Of a stretch of 64,000 nucleotides of DNA, positions 38,553-51,477 are shown one piece after another; position 1 is the first letter of the stretch; each line of letters begins with the position of its first letter. Where the stretch lies: positions 60,760,001 through 60,824,000 of the forward strand of contig NC_043001.1 in NCBI RefSeq assembly GCF_006345805.1. The letters are read 5' to 3'. A model generated the notes under the pieces. The model searched no databases. It saw nothing but the letters and a program-made list of their open reading frames with translations, and was not told where the DNA came from. A program made the position numbers and the translations under genes. This stretch comes from Octopus sinensis (taxonomy: Eukaryota).

Positions 38553-39292
38553 ATACGAAAGAAGGTTTAAATAAAATTTAAAAGATGTTTATTTACTTTA
38601 TACCGGTTTCACTCTTTGGAAAAGATTGTCAAAAGTAACATGTAGAAGTTTGGTTGCGTTAATTATTGGTTGTTACAATTACTACATTACGCATGCAGTC
38701 TTTGGTAACAGAGACATGTTAAGGACATAAAAATAATGTAAACCTTTTTGAACTCATAATATTCTGTACGTGTACACCAATATTTACTGAACTTTTTTAA
38801 TAATTCCTTCTGGAAATTATCTTGAGAATGTATAATATATTTGTTGTAATCTTTTGTGCCCAATATTTCAATGAGCTTGTTAAACTTTTTTATATTCTCA
38901 ACATGCTCTTGTCACCAAAGAATGTATATTTATATGAATTGTAGTACTCTGTGTCAACAAATATTCTGTGCATGTTTGAATATACAGATACAATACCAAT
39001 ACCAATATCAATTCCTCCTGGAAACTATCTTAAGCATGTCCTTGAGAATGTATATTTATGTAGTAATCTTTTGTGCCCAATATTTTAAGGAACTTGTTGA
39101 ACTTTTTTTATGTCCTTAACATGTCCCTGTTACCAAAGACTGTATATATGTAATGTAGCAATTTGTAACAACCAATAATTAACGCAACCAAACTTCTACA
39201 TGTTACTTTTGACAATCTTTCTCCAAAGAGTGAAACCGGTAAAGTAAATATACATCTTTTAAATTGCATTTTCAAACCTTCTTTTGTATATA
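38553..39292 (+). mobile_element. pLTR-like unit with ~180 bp inverted arms, each carrying a variant hammerhead
   Basis: 38553-38733 is mirrored by ~39105-39292; the interior has short direct duplications. Confidence 0.8.
39203..39247 (+). ncRNA. Minimal hammerhead with U3-A8 core variant (mirror copy at 38593-38638, minus strand)
   Basis: ttactt TTGACAA tcttt-ctcc-aaaga-gt GAAA ccgg TA aagtaa. Perfect 6 bp stem I, palindromic stem III. Confidence 0.7.
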
Positions 39293-39841
39293 ATTCCACT
39301 CGTGCGGTACCCTACAACTCCACTTTGTGATATATATACATACATATATATATATAAAGTTAACCCAAACATGAAAGCACAAAAAAATACAACAACACAG
39401 GACGTGGAACAAATATAATATTATTGGACGCTCAGGAAAGAAGGAAAGATGGAGGGTTTACTGTTTCGAGCGGAGCTCTTCGTCGGAAACATAGGAGAAG
39501 GAAAGATCCAGAGAAGGGAAGACAGAGGAAAAAATCGCTAACGGTACACACGTGGTGACATTTTATATATATATATATAATATATATATATATACAATTT
39601 ATATTTAATGTAGGATAAAATATTTTTCGAAAAAGAAATTTTATCAATGGCCAGCATATTAAAAAAATACCTTTAAAGGTTAAAATTATAAACAACTTAT
39701 AAATAAGGGCAAACGAAAAAATTTCTAATGCCAAATATGCCAAAAATTGGACATATTGTCCATTAACATATAATTTTTCACAATACGCACGCTACTCGAA
39801 AAAAAGCCGACAGAAATCTCTAAAAAATTCCATTATTACCA

Positions 39842-39894
39842 TATCGGACCGATTTCAGGGTTAGTTCGTAAGAACCGTCCCTTCGTCAGTGATA
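39842..39894 (-). ncRNA. Minimal type I hammerhead ribozyme
   Basis: Minus strand: tatca CTGACGA aggg-acg-gttc-ttac-gaac-taa-ccct GAAA tcgg TC cgata. GUC site. Confidence 0.8.
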
Positions 39895-40096
39895 AATGTG
39901 GCAAAGAAATAAATGAGATACTTACTCATACCCATGGAAGAAGCTAAACACTAAGTCATGAGCACAACTAAGTACCCCAAATACATCCAAAATAGAAATA
40001 CTCCAGCCCATTCAAGACACGTGCGATTTGAACTGAGGCTCTCACAGAGTGAAAGAGTCCGAAAGTGAACACTTAAATTTATATTTAATGTATTGG

Positions 40097-40136
<40 letters not shown>

Positions 40137-41761
40137 TATTTGTTGCACTGTTCTTAATCACACTGTTGTTAAATCAAATACATCGATGTTCACGGGAAAT
40201 GAGAGTTGCATCGGTCCCACATACTCTTGTTGCCTGCAATTCCTTGTTCAGTTTTCTCTTAGAAATTGCTATGAAGGGAAATAAATTGCAATTACGAAAT
40301 CTTTACAGTATACTTGGGCGGGATTTTCATTTATAGTTGATTTGGAGCGACCTCTCAGAACGGATCTTACATATGCGAGAGAGCGACCCAATAAAATATC
40401 ACCTCATATTTCGAGAAAAACAATATTTGGAAAGTAATTTTAATGAGCACAAACTACGTAAAAGTATAAGCTACTCGCAAGGGGCTATTATTTCATTTCT
40501 GAGAACGCCAGGCCGTTCAAGTTTTGCAGGTCACAACACTGCATAACAATGCTGCAGACATTTACTTGATTCCTCTCAACTTAGAATGAAGTTAAATCGA
40601 GGATACGATGGAATCCGTTACTGCTTCTTCCACGCAGAAATCTCTTCATACTAAGAGTTTTCCGACATTATTTCATTGACGATTGCTATTGAAATCCCGA
40701 AAGTATTAATGAGTGTTGTACGCCTGTTCGAAATTCAGTTATGTTAGATTATAAAAATATTAATAGGAAACGGAATCTTAAACTTGCACTTCTTCATAAG
40801 GGATAAATATTACGGAGGTAGAGAGTTGGCTGTAAGAACGACCATTATCCAGCAGATATGTAAATAAACAGACTGACCAACAATAACAAGCATAAGGAAT
40901 GCATTTTTCTGAAAAGTTTCAGATACAAATTACACGATGTATTGAGCCTTTAGCCCGGGTCTTCTGATGAGGATAACGCTACTAACTGCGTAGAGCTATC
41001 AAAATACGCGTTCGTTCACACTTGTCCTTTGCTTTTACGTATTCCTACACTATTCACTCGATATTGGTCTTCTATGCATAATATGCATGGTTTTGTCCGC
41101 CAGTCATCGAGTATCTGAAAAAGCTGTAAAGTTAATTACTTAATTACATCGTGTAATTTGAATATCAAACTTTTCATATGAATGTACTTTTTGTGCCTTT
41201 ATAATTTATCAGTCTTTCTACTCATACATGAGAGTGTATATGCGTGTAAGGGTGCGTATGTGTATATAAACACATGTATATAATTGTGTTTGCGTATGAA
41301 CACGTACGAATTTATTGTATCTTTATATCATAAATTTGCTTATTTGTTGTTGATGTTTATCTTGTATGCTTGCTTGCCTTTTGGCCCCTACTGTCATAGC
41401 TGACGCAAATCTAGAAGATCTATGCTGAATATTGCCAACGTTTGATCATAATTTATCAATAACTACATTTTGTTTTCTCCTTGTTAAAATGCTTATTACT
41501 AAATCCATAGAACTGAATCAGCGATATATGATTAATCTCGTTTGATGGAATATAGAAATGTAAATAAGCGCTAAGCTAGAATAGTTATAAAACTTGTTTG
41601 TCTATATCCGAGTAACACTAACAATATAACAGAGTAAATGAGATCGGTAACTTTGCTATGATGCATGTAATACAAAATTAAATATTCTCACATTGTAATT
41701 AAGGCACAGATTTTACACATTTTTGATAAGATAGATACTGGTAAATGTAATATCTAAACTC

Positions 41762-42085
41762 TTGTTCTTTAATAAACTATTATTTGTACCTTTCTCCAAT
41801 AGGCTGCAACTGATTTTGATAGAATTTACCGTCCCGGTTGAAAGTAGAACAGAAGCACTTGTGTTCAACAGTGAAAAATATGACAGTCTGAAGGGTAAGC
41901 TGGGGGGAAGGAAATTCCGAGTGAAAATTCCCGTCATAGGATGTAGAACCAGACGTTTTTGCGGGAAAATCTGCTCACGATCTAATGAAATAACTCTCGG
42001 TGTCTGGAAAGAACAGGGCCAAATCCCTAACAGCAATATCAGATACACCAGAGAGATGTTCTAACTAAATCTGGTCGAGAAAGAT
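41762..42085 (+). pseudogene. RLE endonuclease C-terminal relic of a HERO-like non-LTR element
   Basis: FSNRLQLILIEFTVPVESRTEALVFNSEKYDSL matches the ELTVP...K..KY pattern, followed by a frameshifted C-terminus ending IWSRK. Confidence 0.65.
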
Positions 42086-42139
42086 AAAGAAAAAACACCC
42101 TCCGTTCTGTTTGAAGGCAAACGGAGTGTCTTGGAACCA

Positions 42140-43230
42140 AAGAGATTAACCCAACGGATCGTGTGATCGCAGTTAGCGTTGATTACCGTCGGGCAGGTTC
42201 TGTACATTGAATGCAGCAAATGATTGATAAAGGTCATGGGGATAGCAGCCCACACTGTTAAAGCTTGCAGTGAGTTGTGCCGTATTTGTCGGCCTTGGAC
42301 GAATGCCATTTAGCCTTCTTTGGATTTCATCCCAAAGGTGCTCTATTACGGCAGGCAATTTCAGTTTCTTGATGTTGTGCTGCTGAAGAAAGTCTGCTGT
42401 CAACCTGGCAGTATGAGCATGGGCGTTATTGTGTTGGAATATGTGATTCCGATGACGGGCAAAATATGACATAATGTGAGGCCTCAAAATTTGGTCGATG
42501 TAGCTAGCAACGGTTACACCATTGGCCCGGCCTTGGTCGATGTTTTAGAAGACCATCGGTCCAAGGTTCTAGTTGAGTGCAATCCCGCCCCATAACATGA
42601 TATTATGTCCTCCCAGTGAGTCTCTCTCTACCACATAGCTATCGGCATGACGTTCACTCTTTCTCCAAACCCTAGCTCTGCCATCTACCATAGAAATGTA
42701 ATAACAACTTTTTTCTCAGAGAAGACTACAGTCTTCTACTGCTGATATCGTCAGTTCTGACGTTTATGAGCCCACTGTAAACGTGCCCATCGATGACCAT
42801 CTGTGATGATGGGGCCCCTAGCCGGATGTCGACAAGACAGATTGAAATATCTTAGCTGGGGAAAAACTGTCTCTGTACAAATGGGTCTGTGGTGAGCCCC
42901 TATGATCTGACTAGCTGATTCCGTTACCCTCCCGAATTGGTCCTCAAAGTGCTGTCAATGCTGGTGGTGATCTTGACGTACTGTTATAACCTGCGGTTGA
43001 CCACTGCGTGGACGATCAGCCATGCAGTTTGTGGTATTGTATCATTCCCTCAGTCGCTCATTTGTCAGAATACCTCAGTTCAAGTCATTAGCAATATTTC
43101 ATGGACGTTTACCAGCATGAAGACATCCAATGGCTTGCTCCCTCTGACTTCGTGTCAGTCTTGTTATGCTTGTCGCGTTCGAGAAACGAATTATGCAACT
43201 ATATGCATAAGAATAGAAACATAAAGCAAA
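42140..43230 (-). mobile_element. Tc1-type (DD34E) transposon relic
   Basis: RLTRSQREQAIGCLHAG N-terminus; IFQHNNAHAHTARLTADFL...IEHLWDEIQRRL catalytic region. Confidence 0.85.
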
Positions 43231-44554
43231 ACATAAAGATCTGCACACATACATACATACATACATACATACATACATACATACATACATACATACATAC
43301 AATAATGCGCTGCTGTTGATGTTCAAATTCCAATGAAAGATCCTTGAATCTAGGTTAGTTATCGACTCTTTCTCTATCCGCAAAAAAATCTGGAAATAAA
43401 ACTGAACAATAACGTACACACATATGTACATACGTACGTATGTATGTATGTATTACTTATGTATGTATGATTGAATAACTTAGTAGTAAGTATACTAGCA
43501 TCCTCTGGAGCACAATATTTCACTGTAAAGATCGGGATATTACCAAGGTTAGTAGCCTTGCTGTTTGACGTAACATATGATATTTTCGCACCCGGAGTGT
43601 AAGATATGGTCCCTGGTAGGTTGTGAGGGGATACATTTTAATACTTTTTAAAGGAAATATGTGTAGAGATGAACGTCCAGGAGGCAGCGAAAGTGGAGCC
43701 TTAATAGTTACAAATCTGATGGAATAGAAAATCCGATGCGAAAAAAGCTATTGAATAAATTTTTTATACTTATTTTGTGAAATGTTTGCAGAGAAATAGA
43801 GATTTGGAGATACATTATTACTTTCACAGTAAAATAGAGCAGGTGTTTCTTTTTCAAGCGTATTCTATATTGGACATCACATTTTTTATTATTGTATATC
43901 AACTCCTTTCTAAATTTAACTCTTTGATTGCCAACACATATTCAATAATTTTTCCCAATCTAAGTCGCAAAGAATAAGCATGCATCTTTGTTTTCTTTTC
44001 GCTATTCCCTTCATATATAATCAAGTAGAACTTTTATTGACCACTTTATCATAAAATGCTGACTTATATCAATCAAGGTTGAAATAAATTATAGTCTAGG
44101 TAACTGGAAACATGCAATTACCGAAGTCTCTTACGTCATTCATTTAGAATAGAAATTAAGGTGAGTATTTCTAATACTGGTAGCTTGCTTGTTAACATCA
44201 TAGAATGGCAAAATATACATATTGCACTTTCACATAAAATTTGCATGTTTAATTTATAATTTCTAGCAGCATATTTATGAATTCGGTAACTTGTAAAGAA
44301 TAATTTATCGATATACGATATCATGTAATATCGAATCGTTTGTAAAATTTTTCGAAATATATATTCTATAGTATTTTCATTTAGTTTGAATATTAAATTA
44401 TATCAGAATTATAATTTTTTGATTGCCTACTCGTATTTTTCAAATATTTATCTATCTAGTAATATTTCCGTACTACAAAACGGAACGTAAATTTGAGGAA
44501 AATTGCATAACACTAATGAATCTCTATTCTCAAAAAATATTTATGTATATCATG

Positions 44555-44639
<85 letters not shown>

Positions 44640-44643
44640 ATAT

Positions 44644-44734
<91 letters not shown>
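44555..44734. repeat. Long (TA)n microsatellite
   Basis: Direct reading; one of many TA tracts. Confidence 0.95.
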
Positions 44735-44737
<3 letters not shown>

Positions 44738-45876
44738 CTCTACAAATATTGCAGGTATATCAATAAACGTAGCTGTTAGTGATATCACGTAAGTAAGATT
44801 TTGATTTATTGCAGAAATGAGTCTAGTAACAAATATCATTCTAAGTTCAAGTATTTTCCAGGTTATAATAAATATTTTGAGGTGCTAATGTGTGTATTAA
44901 ATCTATAAAATAAACAGATGTGAAGTCATTAACCATAATTGTACACATAAAAGACTGCTTATAAGCGTATCAGTAACATGTCGACACAAAGAATAACAAT
45001 GTCTCTATTATTTAATAAATTCACATTGCATATATATTTAGCTGAAATTGTTCTCTAGAAAGCCGATAATATGATGTGTTAGAGTTATTTTTCCAGGAAC
45101 TTTTAATGAGCAAAGATAATTATTTTGATATGGAATAAAAATAATAATTTTGAATCGGTTTTTTGACTGATTGCATATCATTACGATTGTCAGAAGATTT
45201 ATTTACTATGCTTCACACATCCCTTCAACACAAATCAATGAGATAATAAGTAGTTATTATCATGTTGCTTTTGTTGTTGGTGCTACTATCTAAACTACGT
45301 TAACTATCATCGGTCAAATCTATAGTTAAAGGAATTCCAGTTGCCGATGTTTTACCAAAATACGTTGAAACTAGTGAGAAGATACCGAGCCTGTCATTTC
45401 TTTTTTACTTTAGTTAGGATAGGATGTGTGAGATATTTAGTCGCTATTAATTGATTATTTAGTGATCAAGAAGAGTTGGGTCGTTGGTATTTTGAACAGT
45501 TAAAACGCTTCCAAACGTATTTTGAAAACTGTCCTTCCGCGGAAGACTTGTGTGTATTTGTATGTATTCATGTATTTATTTATCTATCTATCTATATTTG
45601 CTTATTTTCCCCCGGGTGTACACCGGTGCAGGTAACTTATATGTCAGCAAATAAGCTGTCTCAAGAAATGAGATTGAAAACATATATACCAGTTTTGTGA
45701 GGAAAAAATGTACAATTTGCACGTCTCACTAGAGCCTTGAAATTGATGTCCCAGCATGATCACAGTCCATTGACTAACACAACTACAACAGTTGTGTGTG
45801 TGTGTGTGTGTGTGTTTGGATGCGTGCATGCATACGTTTATGATTACACACGCACAGGCACACATAGATATGTTTA

Positions 45877-45920
<44 letters not shown>

Positions 45921-46329
45921 AAAAGCTCCCAAATAAGGAAGCTTAGTGTTAGAGACACAAAGGGGGATAAATTCATGGAGAGAGTGAAAATCAAAAACAT
46001 TTACCATTAACGATATATCCCGGACTGATCAGTTTCTACCTCTTTCTAGCAAAACAGAACCTATGTTATTACCCTTTTTGATTATATATATAAACAAACA
46101 TATATTCATGTATAAATATTGATTTGTAGGTACACATCTACTGTTGGATCATATTTATTTATATAATATTTATATAATAATATATGGAAGACACAGCAAC
46201 AGCTGTTAACAATGCTCAGAAACAAATCTTTGTGCTTGTGATTAAAACCTGTTCGTTCCATCTCTTTTTATTATAAATTTTTATATGAATTCTGCCTACT
46301 CTAATGAATTTCCACAGGTGAAAACAATA

Positions 46330-47080
46330 AAAGGGTTAATTCGGAGTAATTCATAATAATGTTGATAGGCCAAAAAAGGGACATCTCTTGTCTCGAATGA
46401 ACTCTCTGCAACAACAGTGATGCTATTCTGTGTGAAATAGGACTTTCATGGAAAGAAAAAGTTGGAAACATGAAATGAGGAGGTCTGAGTTTGGAGAGTT
46501 GAGCTCTTTTGGATAAAATTCCTGATTCAGAGAGTTTATGATGCTCTTTTGGCTGGTCCACGAAAATGTATTCCCCAGTTACCACTCTGCGCATAAGGAA
46601 GGCAATTATGCATCGCATCCTAGTAATTTAAATGCAGTAGTTGACTATTGCTTAATGCTGACTCTATGGGACTAAGATGAGGACCATAGGAGACTTGTCC
46701 AATAGAGAAATATCGGCAAACTCCAATCAAAAATAAATACCAGTTTTGTCAACGTTGGTATGAATCTGACATAAACGGACAGTATAAAACAGGGATGTAA
46801 AAGACTCCGAAGATGGAATAAGTTACACTGAAGTGCTTTCTACGGTCTAATTACAGGAAATTGTACCAATTGAGCATCTATTTTTGAAAAAGCTATAAGG
46901 GATTTTCGTCACGTCTTCTCGTCCAACGTTCGCTTCCAACTACGATGACCTACCTTAATCTGTTTTTTTAATATCAATAATACGAGCTTTGCTTATAAAA
47001 TTTCCAGGAGAAAACAACATACATGCCAAGCAACATAAACATACCTTGACGGATATTTTATTGATCTCCTCTGATCTAAG
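46330..47080 (+). pseudogene. Highly decayed HERO-like RLE non-LTR relic
   Basis: Plus-strand peptide VWRVELFWIKFLIQRVYDALL...CIPQLPLC resembles the pre-zinc-knuckle IKFLIRSVYDVL region; a later DILLISS resembles the PD motif region. Confidence 0.45.
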
Positions 47081-47321
47081 CTCCATTAACATCCATTTTG
47101 ACATTACCAGTTGTTTGCATGTCTGTATCATTATTCTACTGTACACATACCACCTCGACTGAAACTCTACCTATTTTCTATTGTAATTTAAGAGGGTGGG
47201 GCATCCCAGCATTTTAGCTGCAGTTCGAGCTAGATTCTAGTTGTGTTAACCTGAGCACTGATTCATACGTTTATGTGCAGTTGTCTGCAAGTAGGTATGT
47301 ATGAAAATGAAAGAGAGAAAG

Positions 47322-47387
<66 letters not shown>

Positions 47388-48849
47388 ATGTACATAGAAA
47401 GTCACTCTGTAAAAAGTATAGCAGAAACTATGCGGAGAAAAAATATTGGAAAAAATTTCCATTGGTAGTGGCTGATATAAACTTTTTCTATGACATCAAC
47501 AATGACAAATCCGATGTGAATCTTTTTTAATAATTGCAGCCAGTAGAACACCGAAGGGAAGCTGTAGACATTGCAAATATTGCAAATATATAAAATTATG
47601 ACATCTGCTCAAAGGAAAGTTTTTTCCATGATTGTCATTTTGCTACTATTCTGTCGTTGCCTCGGGTAACTTGGTAACTTTACCGTAAACACCAGAATTA
47701 ATTCTTCGTTTACGCATATTTTTCTCTATTTCCTCCTTTTAGGATACGTATCCTATTTCGTTCCCCTCTGCTTTTATAGGTAGAGGTTTATTCATTTGTG
47801 AATAATATCAAATTTATTGGTATCTTCCAGTGCTGGCCTTGCTCGCTGAATATCCTATAAATCTATGTGACATCGATTAATATTACAATATTAGATCTAA
47901 TAGCTGCCTATATTACGTTGTAAAAGCGTCAAATAGAAAATATCTACCAAATATTTCAATAACAAAGATATTATAAGTCTTTGTAATATACCGATTGACT
48001 GTTGGTTTTATGTGTTTCTTCAACTTACAAAGGTATGTATCGTTTGACCAATATGAAAGTCAACTAATCCTATTTATCTATCATTAATGTTTATATGTGT
48101 GATACGTAAAATCTCTATACAGTATGTAGGTAAAATCTTTCTTTTTAGGATGTATATAATTTTCAAATACTTACTGTGCACCAAGGCTTACATCTAATGA
48201 GATATTACAATACACGAAATAATAATTCTGTAATTACCTTTTGATGGCACATTTTTAAAACTGATATGCAGAACATTACTTACTATACCACCTGATTACG
48301 GGCCTAACGGACACTTATCACTTTTATCGTTCTAAAATTAGCATAATGTTTCTTTCTATACATTTGCAGTTATACACCACTCAAAAAAAAAAAAAAACGC
48401 GGCTGCCTACACACTATACTCATTCTCTGAAATAATTTCTTTCGAAATAGTAATCTTTCATTTAAACTTTATGTAATTTAGATATAATATACAACTAAAC
48501 ATAATTTCATCTATCTAAGATATGTCTTTAGTTACTTATACAAGCTATAGTTTATTTTATAACAAGGAAACAGAGCTGAGAAAATAACATTTAATTGTGA
48601 TCAAATATATACAGTATCTGCGTCTTATAAACAATTAAGCGACATACTGTATACTATTGAAAAGGATATGTAAGAATTAAATTGTAACTAGTTGTATGTG
48701 ATCCAATTTTAATGTATCTGGTTTGTAAAAATATTAAGCTTTTATAGCAGAACGATGAGATAATAAGCATGCTACTATAACTGATCTCGTTGGAGATTAC
48801 TCCTATGCATTTTAACCTCAGTAGATTATTACTGCTAAAATTTTCTCAG

Positions 48850-49620
48850 AAAATTTAGTTGAATATTTCAAACATTTAAAATGGAAATACATCTTACGTT
48901 TAAACTAACATCATGAGACATTTGAAAGTAAATACAGTGAACTCATATAGTGAATATCCCGGGATGATACGAAAACTCACTCAACGTAATAATTCATGGA
49001 AATATTTATTTTTGATAATGATTAAATGTCATTTAATCGGCAAGCTATCTAAAGCTGTTGAGAAAATAATCCTCATATCCTTGTGCGTAACAATTAAGGA
49101 TTCTCATTGTGTACATTGCCATGTTCACGTTTTATATTTATTTGTATTTTGCGTTAATATATTATAAATGTAAATATAAATTAGCCTATTTGCGTTAAGT
49201 AACATTCAGACCAGCAGCTGCATGATAGACTAAATATATTTGAAAAGTATTTAGATGATGTACTGAAGTTGCTTGTTTGGAACATGACTTTGATTATCAG
49301 ATTGAAACAAAATATTATGACGTTGTGATACTTTTGAAATGTATTCTGAAATTAACTAATTTCCTGCATGAATCACATTTTTCCTACGCGGCTCTTTCTA
49401 TTTGTCTTCAGAGCTTTGTGACACTTTATATACTGACACGTGCCACCTGCTTCAGAGTGATGAATCATAAACTGATCCATCACTTGAAATTATATCGCAT
49501 ACTGAGCATGGTGAGTAGTGTCAGATATTTCATTCTAAACAACAGTACATCTACAGGTAATGTTAGTCAGGTTCTTTGCTGTACAAAGGCAGTAACATAT
49601 GCACAATGATGGCTGGTTTG
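48850..49620 (+). pseudogene. Possible hAT (ZMYM1-like) transposase relic
   Basis: HCVHCHVHVLYL resembles the hAT CxxH motif (VHCYAHVLNL); downstream QIETKYYDVVILLKCILKLTNFL is compatible. Heavily decayed. Confidence 0.35.
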
Positions 49621-50579
49621 AAACCGTCGTCTTAAGTAATAACAAATTAATAAATTTATTAGTAGAAAGCATAGGAGAAATATTTATAAACATTGTTGAC
49701 CCTTAGCAGACTTTCTTGTAGATAGTTACAAGTTTACTAGTCAGGATAATTATAAGTTTACTATTCAGGAATAAGGATAGAAGGCGAATAGAGTGTTAGA
49801 GATCTATAGCTCGAACGGGTGATTTGCTTTATAGAAGTGTAAATGCCACTGTGTGCAGATGAAGTAGTGGGAAATATGGAACAGTACATATGTTAAATAA
49901 TGAATCTGATTAGTTGCTTGAGGGCCGACAGAAACACATTTTGTGCATAAAGCCAAACATACTAATCAATTGTTTTTGCCATCATCGATAAAGTTTGATT
50001 TTGCAGTTGTAAAAAATCCTCAACTGAAATTGTATTCTTGTAAAAATATTTCTAGACGTAAAGGAGTATATTAGACTTGAGCATATTTGATATCATTATA
50101 AAAGATTCTCAAGAAATTTTGCGGCCTTACGATTGTTGCGACATTGTATTTGTAATAAATTCAGAAACCTGCGAAGTTGAGCATATTTATTCTTAGGCAT
50201 TTCTATGCTCAAACATTTGTCGTTTTCATGACAAGAACTTTTAGTGTAAGTCCATGGAGATCTCAAGGCATAGGTGACAGGTTCAATATAAACGTAATGA
50301 GTCATTAGGCGGTCCAAAGAACTAAAATGACGCAGAAAATACATTCTAATAATGTTTCATCTGGTTTAGAGTTCTTGATGTAGAAACATTAGATAAAGAC
50401 ATGTAGAGTAAGACATTGTTGGAAATGAGACACGCTCATGGATCTTTCATTCTTTTCACAAGGCAATGCATCACTGCTGAGAGGGAGATAAAACAGAAAT
50501 TGAGAATAAGGAATTTCTAGTTTTGAAGATTATTGCCAATCTAATGAAGACAAACATATACGTATGAATGTATTCTTTT

Positions 50580-50965
50580 TACCTGTTTCAATCATTTTTC
50601 TGCGGCCATTCTCGAGCACCAACTTTAGTCGAACAAATCGATCCCAGGACTTATTTGTAAGGCTAGTACTTATTCTATCGGTCTCTTTTGTCGAACTGCT
50701 AATTTAAGGTGTCCAGCGATGGTGGACGGACAAACCCAGCACACAAGTGCACACACATATACATACATACTTATATATATATATATATATATATGTATAT
50801 ACGACAAGCTTCTTCCAGCTTCCATCTACCAAATCTACTCACAAGGCTTTGGTCAGCCCGAGGCTATAGTAGAAGCCACTTACCCAAGGTGCTACGCAGT
50901 GGGACTGAATCGGGAACCATGTGGTTGGAAAAGCAAGCCTCTTACCACACAGCCACTCCTGCACC
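50580..50965 (-). mobile_element. tRNA-derived SINE (family of 30.4 kb)
   Basis: Aligns by eye with 30372-30748. Confidence 0.8.
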
Positions 50966-51032
50966 TGAACATACTCTTGTGGGTTATTTTCTATGTTGAC
51001 CGTTGAACACCAAAAATATAATCAATATGTAT

Positions 51033-51065
<33 letters not shown>

Positions 51066-51194
51066 CATGTATTTATATATAGTCTTTGGGTTAGTTAAAA
51101 TATGTTTGTGATGTATTTCAAATGCTAAAAGCAAATTCACTAGAGATGCCTTGGAGAAAATTTCTCTCATGGTAAAAAAGTGTAAAAACACTAT

Positions 51195-51477
51195 ATTAGT
51201 CCAGTGTTGCCATCGGTCGGATTATGGGATACCGATGTTTCTAGCTGTACTCCTTCACCACAACTTTCTCTCACTCTTTCTTCCTGTTTCTGTTGTACCT
51301 GTATTTTAAGGGGCCAGCTTTGTCACACTCTGTGTCATGCTTAATCTCCCCGAGAACTACGTTAAGGATACACGCGTCTGTGGAGTGCTCAAGCCACTTG
51401 CACGTTAATTTCACGAGCAAGCTGTTCGGTTGATCGGATTAACTGGAACCCTCGTCGTCGTATCCGAGAGAGTGCCA

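Noticed and set aside
40964-41012. CTGATGAggata...tatcAAAAtacgcgTT hammerhead-like motif
   Set aside because: G12 is absent and stem I cannot be formed; at best a relic.
50096-50344. 82 aa minus-strand ORF as a host exon or MULE transposase piece
   Set aside because: Only a vague resemblance to transposase C-terminal regions; neither call can be supported.
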